Source: a virus
Lineage: Duplodnaviria; Caudoviricetes
Length of the DNA: 40,192 nt
Direction: 5' to 3' (one strand)
Virus record (IMG/VR): IMGVR_UViG_3300012231_000023
Span: 1 to 40,192 of that record
Positions within the stretch are counted from its first letter, which is position 1, and each line of letters starts with the position of its first letter. Positions 35,725 to 40,192 of this stretch are shown here, piece by piece. The translations under genes and the position numbers were made by a program. The notes under the pieces are model-generated. The model had not been told where the DNA came from and ran no database searches. It saw only the letters and a list, made by a program, of their open reading frames with translations.

Positions 35725-38265
35725 TTATAGCAACAGCGCAAGCGCCTGCAACACTGCGTCCTCATCGTCGCGCTCGATCATCTCTTCAAGCTCACGATAC
35801 AGCAAACGCAGGGCAATTTCAGCCTCGGTTCCGAGACTTGCGAGGCTTTCGAGCCGTGCTTCGATCAGCTTGAGCTTAACCGCGGTGTAGGCTTCGAGCG
35901 ATTCGTCACGCTGAACGATAGGTGCAAGGATCGCTTCGGCTTGTGGCGCTAGTTCCTCAATGCCTTGGAGCTGGCGGTACATGCGCCGAATGTCGGCCAG
36001 TAACCGTTGTTCTTCGGTGATCTTGAGTTGCGCGCGCTTCTTGTCGTGGCCCTTGTGTGGGCTCTTGCGCCTGATCCTGTCGTCCCCACCTAGCCGCGGT
36101 TCTTCGACCACTGCCGGAGTCGGTGGATAAGTGATCTGCGGAGCCTGTTCCTGCAGCCGCCTCGCAGTAGCCTTTCGGAAGTAGTAGCCGGTAGGCAGGT
36201 AGGCTGTTGGCGACTGCTCTGGGGTAGAAGGGGTGGCCGGATACAGCAACTGCGGATCAGCAGGCTGTAACCTCCGCTCTGTGGCTTTGCGGAAGTGATA
36301 CCCGGTGAGCGTAAATGCGGTCGTTGTGATCGGCGGAGTGGCCGGGAACAGCAGTTGAGGATCTGCCGGCTGTAATCTCCTCTCAGTCGCTCGTCTGAAG
36401 TGATAGCCGGTCGGCGAGAAGTTGAAAGTAGAAGGCTCAGGGTGAGCCTCGACCAACAAGCCACCAGTTTGGAATATCCCAGGGCGTGACTTGCGACGCT
36501 TGTTGTTAACGACAATGAGCGCCGCTATCGGAATCGGCTGGGTCTGTGGGTAAGTGATCTGCGGAGCCTGTGGCTGTAAGGTCCGCTTGATGTCCCTCCG
36601 GAAGTGGTAGCCAGTGGGCGAGAAATTGAGCAGCGACGGCTCGGGGTGCGCCTCTACCAGTTGTCCACCGGTCTGGAATATGCCCGGACGTGACTTGCGG
36701 CGTTTCTGGGTAACAAGCGTGACCGCGGTAATCTCGACCGTAGTCACAACCGGCGTGGCCGGATAGACGTTGAGCTCCGGTAGGCTCTGCAGCTTCCTGG
36801 ACTGGCCTGTCCGGTTCGTCGCCAGTCCACCCCATGACGGGAAGGGAACCTCTGGCGGAGGAGTAGCTGGGTAGTAGTTGAGCTCCTGCTCTAGCCTGAG
36901 GGTTCTGGTCGTCTCTCGGCGTCGATGGAATCCAACCGGCTCAAAGGCTGGGAGGATTTGTGTAGCGGGTGAGAGGTCAGGATGCCCAAGCTTTTGCAGC
37001 TTGCGCGACCGCTTGACTCGATTGGTCTTGGGCTCGAGCCAGGACGGGTAGGGCGGCGTCTGAGGATAACTGTCGTGCTGCGGGAGTCGCAGTAGGCGCC
37101 TATCCTGAGAGGTCGGAGCGCGCTGATATGTTGCCCAGGCTGGCGGCCCAATCGCCGGGGGCAGCTTGATAAACAAGAGCTGCTGCAAAACACGGCGGTA
37201 TTCGACCTTGATGGCTTTCGGCGGCTCGAACCAAGCGATTACCGGGGGCGTGTACTGCTCGATTTCCTTGTGACTCAGTACGATGAGCTTGCGTCTGGTT
37301 TCCTTTCGCCGAATGACCAACGTAGGCAGCCAGGCCGATACAGGCTGCTCCACGACGACGACCGGCGGCGCCACCATTCCTGGCGTCCACCCAATCGAAT
37401 ACTGCCGGCGCGACGGGACTATTCGCGTCTTGAAGGTAACCGCTGACCCGACCGTCGCCGCAGGGGGCGTTTCGGGGTAGGTGATCTGCTCTGCCTGCGG
37501 AAGAGGCCGGTTAAGTCGGCTGATATCCCGCCGACGATTGGTAATCGGCTCCATCCAAGCTGTGACGGGCTGCGGAACCTGTGGGATTTGGGCAGTGAGC
37601 GCATCGCCCCAACCAATCGACAGAGCCCGCCTGACGCGGGTAAAGCGGGTCTGAAACGGAACCTCTAGCGTCCGATCAGCCGATGGCGGGACGGTTACTT
37701 CGTCCGTCTCGTGTAGCTTGAGCTGCTGTAGCCGCCGATTGGTGTAGTTCTTGCGCTTGCGGAAGTTGACCCGGCCATCCCACAGGTTCGGAACCGAGTA
37801 CTCAATCGCGATTGTGACGAAATCGCACTGCAGGCCGTTGATCGTGTCGGTTGACCAGATCGAAACGCCGAACCCGGCCGCGTTGACGATCGCTGGGGTT
37901 AGCGCCGCGCTCCAAAGGTCTGTCGCACTACCGCTGGTCGAGATCGTCGGCCCAGTCGTGATGGTAATCGCGCTTTTCGCCGCGCCGATGAGAGTGGGCG
38001 TCGTGTTGCTGTGTAACTGCGGAATGTAGTTCGACGAGCCGGAGCCGGTCTCCGACATCTCGATACGAACCGTGACGCCGAGAATCGTCGCGTCTAGCGG
38101 AATCGTGAACCCGTAACCGGACGTTACGAGGTAGTCAGTAGGAACCGTGCTAGTGGCATTCGTCGCGTTATCGCTAACGACGTTGCCAGGATTGGTCCAA
38201 AGCGTAGACCCAGCACGGTCTACGGTAGCGCCGGCAGTGGGGAATACGTTGCCGGTTGTGGCCAT
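35725..38265 (-). CDS. 846-aa protein: N-terminal beta-sandwich, ~16 degenerate ~35-aa Pro/Arg repeats, C-terminal helical DDED..ALLL tail
   Basis: Repeats readable in the translation. Confidence 0.8.
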   Translation of the reverse strand: MATTGNVFPTAGATVDRAGSTLWTNPGNVVSDNATNATSTVPTDYLVTSGYGFTIPLDATILGVTVRIEMSETGSGSSNYIPQLHSNTTPTLIGAAKSAITITTGPTISTSGSATDLWSAALTPAIVNAAGFGVSIWSTDTINGLQCDFVTIAIEYSVPNLWDGRVNFRKRKNYTNRRLQQLKLHETDEVTVPPSADRTLEVPFQTRFTRVRRALSIGWGDALTAQIPQVPQPVTAWMEPITNRRRDISRLNRPLPQAEQITYPETPPAATVGSAVTFKTRIVPSRRQYSIGWTPGMVAPPVVVVEQPVSAWLPTLVIRRKETRRKLIVLSHKEIEQYTPPVIAWFEPPKAIKVEYRRVLQQLLFIKLPPAIGPPAWATYQRAPTSQDRRLLRLPQHDSYPQTPPYPSWLEPKTNRVKRSRKLQKLGHPDLSPATQILPAFEPVGFHRRRETTRTLRLEQELNYYPATPPPEVPFPSWGGLATNRTGQSRKLQSLPELNVYPATPVVTTVEITAVTLVTQKRRKSRPGIFQTGGQLVEAHPEPSLLNFSPTGYHFRRDIKRTLQPQAPQITYPQTQPIPIAALIVVNNKRRKSRPGIFQTGGLLVEAHPEPSTFNFSPTGYHFRRATERRLQPADPQLLFPATPPITTTAFTLTGYHFRKATERRLQPADPQLLYPATPSTPEQSPTAYLPTGYYFRKATARRLQEQAPQITYPPTPAVVEEPRLGGDDRIRRKSPHKGHDKKRAQLKITEEQRLLADIRRMYRQLQGIEELAPQAEAILAPIVQRDESLEAYTAVKLKLIEARLESLASLGTEAEIALRLLYRELEEMIERDDEDAVLQALALLL
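36100..37790 (-). repeat. degenerate coding tandem repeat array (~100-115 nt period)
   Basis: Closest copies are KRRKSRPGIFQTGG.LVEAHPEPS..NFSPTGYHFRR x2 and TGY[HY]FR[KR]AT.RRLQ x3; DNA differences are largely synonymous. Confidence 0.8.
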
Positions 38266-38268
38266 CTG

Positions 38269-38583
38269 CTAGCTCAATGCACGGAGTTTCGCCTCCGGTA
38301 TAACACGCTGCCTCACGGAGTTGGCATACAGCGTCTTTCCGCTTCTCTCGTACGGTCGCGACAGTTCAACGGCGACGAGGTAAGAGCACCCATCCGCGCT
38401 CTCGAGGACTTCTAAAACCTCGCCGTGATCCGCCTTGGTCTGGTACACGCCAATACCAGGAGCTGCCGCGTGCTGCCTGCCCTTGCTGTCTACCCAAGGA
38501 GCACACTGCTGCGGGACGCGCGGATCAGGGGTCTGCGGGTTAAAAGCGATCTCAACCCGCTGCCCTACTGAGAGCTTCGCCAT
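38269..38583 (-). CDS. hypothetical protein
   Basis: Tiles the operon; SH3-like start (L.VGQRV) and end. Confidence 0.6.
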   Translation of the reverse strand: MAKLSVGQRVEIAFNPQTPDPRVPQQCAPWVDSKGRQHAAAPGIGVYQTKADHGEVLEVLESADGCSYLVAVELSRPYERSGKTLYANSVRQRVIPEAKLRALS

Positions 38584-38586
38584 TGA

Positions 38587-39051
38587 CTAGCCGCCGATTT
38601 CTCGACAGGTCATCCCGTAGTCAAAGGTCATGCTGGTCGCGGTCGTGTTGAGCTTGATCCCCACCAACGCAGACGGCGAGATCACAACCACTTCGTCGTC
38701 ATTGGCCGGCGTCCACAACCAACCGGATAGACAGTTGAACCCTTGGCTTACCAGGACGGTGCTCGCGGTGTACGACGGTTCAATCGTCGAGTTGGTCTCG
38801 AGCACTCCACCGAAAGCAGCGTCACCGACTTGGAACGGCGCTACACCCGACGTCGAGGTCGTGCCCGTACCCGTTGTCGTGATGCGCTGAATTCTGGCCG
38901 AAAGATTCTCAGACGTGTCGAAACTCGACTGCCCGATATTCGCTCTCTCTAGCAGCGTCACACCATCAGCCGCCGAGGCGAGCTCCATCAGTGTTTTCGC
39001 CGTCGTCTGCGCTTGCGCTTCAATTCCAAATCCATACATTCGCCCGATCAT
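38587..39051 (-). CDS. putative virion beta-sandwich protein
   Basis: Thr-rich with a beta-strand pattern; AGGAGG RBS; ATGA overlap. Confidence 0.65.
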   Translation of the reverse strand: MIGRMYGFGIEAQAQTTAKTLMELASAADGVTLLERANIGQSSFDTSENLSARIQRITTTGTGTTSTSGVAPFQVGDAAFGGVLETNSTIEPSYTASTVLVSQGFNCLSGWLWTPANDDEVVVISPSALVGIKLNTTATSMTFDYGMTCREIGG

Positions 39052-39443
39052 TGCATTACCCTCCTAGGGTTTTCGCGTTGCCAATCATCCGCCCGGTCTG
39101 TCTTTCTCAGCATGACTCCGCCAAGCTGTAGGGCGGTCTCGGGCAACAAACAGAATTCCTCTCCCCCGATCTGAAACGAAACAACGTCACCCTGGTAGAA
39201 ACAGGCGCCGCCGTTCTTTGTAAGAGCAAACCCCACCTTAGCTGCTATCGGAGTGGTCATTTCTAGCATTTTTGACCCGAGCAGTATATACACGCGGTCC
39301 CCACGGAACCTAGCGCGCATCTCGCCGACGAATGGTACAAACAACGACTCGCGCTTTCGATCAACGACGATTCGTTGCTCGCCGTTTCGTATCTCTAGAC
39401 GCTTACTGCTGACGAGGTTGGCGACAAGGACACCGGCTACCAT
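39048..39443 (-). CDS. hypothetical protein with internal duplication
   Basis: GD.V....G......A..[VL]G..[LM] occurs twice. Confidence 0.65.
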   Translation of the reverse strand: MVAGVLVANLVSSKRLEIRNGEQRIVVDRKRESLFVPFVGEMRARFRGDRVYILLGSKMLEMTTPIAAKVGFALTKNGGACFYQGDVVSFQIGGEEFCLLPETALQLGGVMLRKTDRADDWQRENPRRVMQ

Positions 39444-39799
39444 TATTTGGCTACCTCGACTAGCAGGTGAATACGGTCGGTGTCGCCGTTGTTCTCTGAG
39501 TAGTGTTCTATCGTGCGGTCAACGACTCGAGACTCGCCAGGCTTCAAGCGGATTTCCTCACCCCCGAACACCATCACGGCTTGGTCATTGGTTTCCACGC
39601 AATAGTGGGTGGTCACTGTCTGCCCACCGTCAACGTGCTTATGCACCATGCCACCAGGGCAGATTTTGAGAAAGAACGCGCGCGCGCATCCGGGTAGTTT
39701 TTCGCTGACGTCCCATACCCAGTAATCGGTTCCTGGACCGTGCTTGTGTCGCCACTCGGCCTCTTTAAGCCACTCTCGCAGCACGGAAAAGTCTATCAC
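39443..39799 (-). CDS. Asp/Asn beta-hydroxylase-like 2OG-Fe(II) cupin oxygenase
   Basis: PGG.VHKHVD (HxD), H....TN, G....D....H...N.G.TDRIHL. Confidence 0.8.
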   Translation of the reverse strand: MIDFSVLREWLKEAEWRHKHGPGTDYWVWDVSEKLPGCARAFFLKICPGGMVHKHVDGGQTVTTHYCVETNDQAVMVFGGEEIRLKPGESRVVDRTIEHYSENNGDTDRIHLLVEVAK

Positions 39800-40192
39800 A
39801 TGGCGCGCCCGATATGCCGGCGGTTGCGCTGTGAGATCAACCCTACAGGCCCAGTCGAAGGTTCTCCTCCTAACTCAGCCTCATCGAATATCGCAAGCTG
39901 CGCGATGTTGTACACAGTAGGGCTTTCGCCAGAACCATCGCCCGTCAAAGAACCGGCGCCGGTTTGAAATTGGTACTCTGTACCTTGCGCATCATCCAAC
40001 GCGGAAAACTCGGCCGCTTCTGCCCATCCGCCGGCCCCAACCTGTAAATCGCGAGGTCCGTAAAGATGGAAAAACACTGTCGCAACACCAGCCGCTATCG
40101 CAGATGCCGACCCGGCACTGTAAGCAGTACCCAGCCCCTCAACCGCAGCCACATTGCCGAGCTCTAACGTAGTCCCCGTCCCAGGCGTGAAC
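39796..40192 (-). CDS. C-terminal part of a putative virion protein (5' end outside the window or at 242..1)
   Basis: Frame open to the window end; ends QRNRRHIGRAM. Confidence 0.7.
   Translation of the reverse strand, partial: FTPGTGTTLELGNVAAVEGLGTAYSAGSASAIAAGVATVFFHLYGPRDLQVGAGGWAEAAEFSALDDAQGTEYQFQTGAGSLTGDGSGESPTVYNIAQLAIFDEAELGGEPSTGPVGLISQRNRRHIGRAM

Noticed and set aside
36100-36720. DGR template/variable repeat or CRISPR array
   Set aside because: The copies are in-frame coding repeats with mostly synonymous, not adenine-specific, differences. There is no reverse transcriptase, no cas gene and no repeat-spacer pattern.
16035-39967. Numerous + strand ORFs opposite the structural genes
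   Set aside because: They are antisense shadows of GC-rich coding sequence, without RBS or motifs. Only the HNH gene is credible.
1-40192. Stop-codon reassignment (frequent TAG/CTAG)
   Set aside because: Core genes are full length in the standard code, and several end at TAG right before the next start.

Overview
The window looks like an essentially complete, circularly permuted ~40 kb genome of a short-tailed (podovirus-like) dsDNA phage, probably of a proteobacterial host. A gene that runs off position 1 continues in frame from position 40192. The minus strand from 35691 to 16051 carries TerS/TerL, portal, scaffold, major capsid, decoration proteins, a Maf/DUF115-methyltransferase fusion, tail adaptor/nozzle, a GNAT protein, three ejection proteins, fibre/spike genes and a DUF5675 lysin candidate. 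A divergent promoter pair at ~10.6 kb drives two arms. The leftward arm holds an HTH repressor, C5 methylase, SNF2-like helicase, N4/N6 methylase and NinG. The rightward arm holds small ORFs and a lambda Bet-like annealase. No integrase, replication initiator, primase, polymerase or exonuclease was recognised. Four things stand out. (1) An intact, self-contained two-gene cassette encodes a SocA/Panacea-like protein and a proteasome-beta/HslV-like Thr1 Ntn hydrolase. It sits in a patchwork of gene fragments (GIY-YIG, RadC) where the two arms meet. (2) A ~370 nt highly structured element has G-U wobbles that consistently favour the + strand and leads into a small antisense ORF. It lies where replication genes would be expected. 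(3) A ~9 kb pre-terminase module encodes beta-rich surface-type proteins, two of which share a C-terminal QRNxRHxGR tag, plus an 846-aa protein with ~16 degenerate repeats and a 2OG-Fe(II) hydroxylase. (4) There is a candidate virion glycosylation enzyme. All family calls come from motif recognition by eye; no searches were run.
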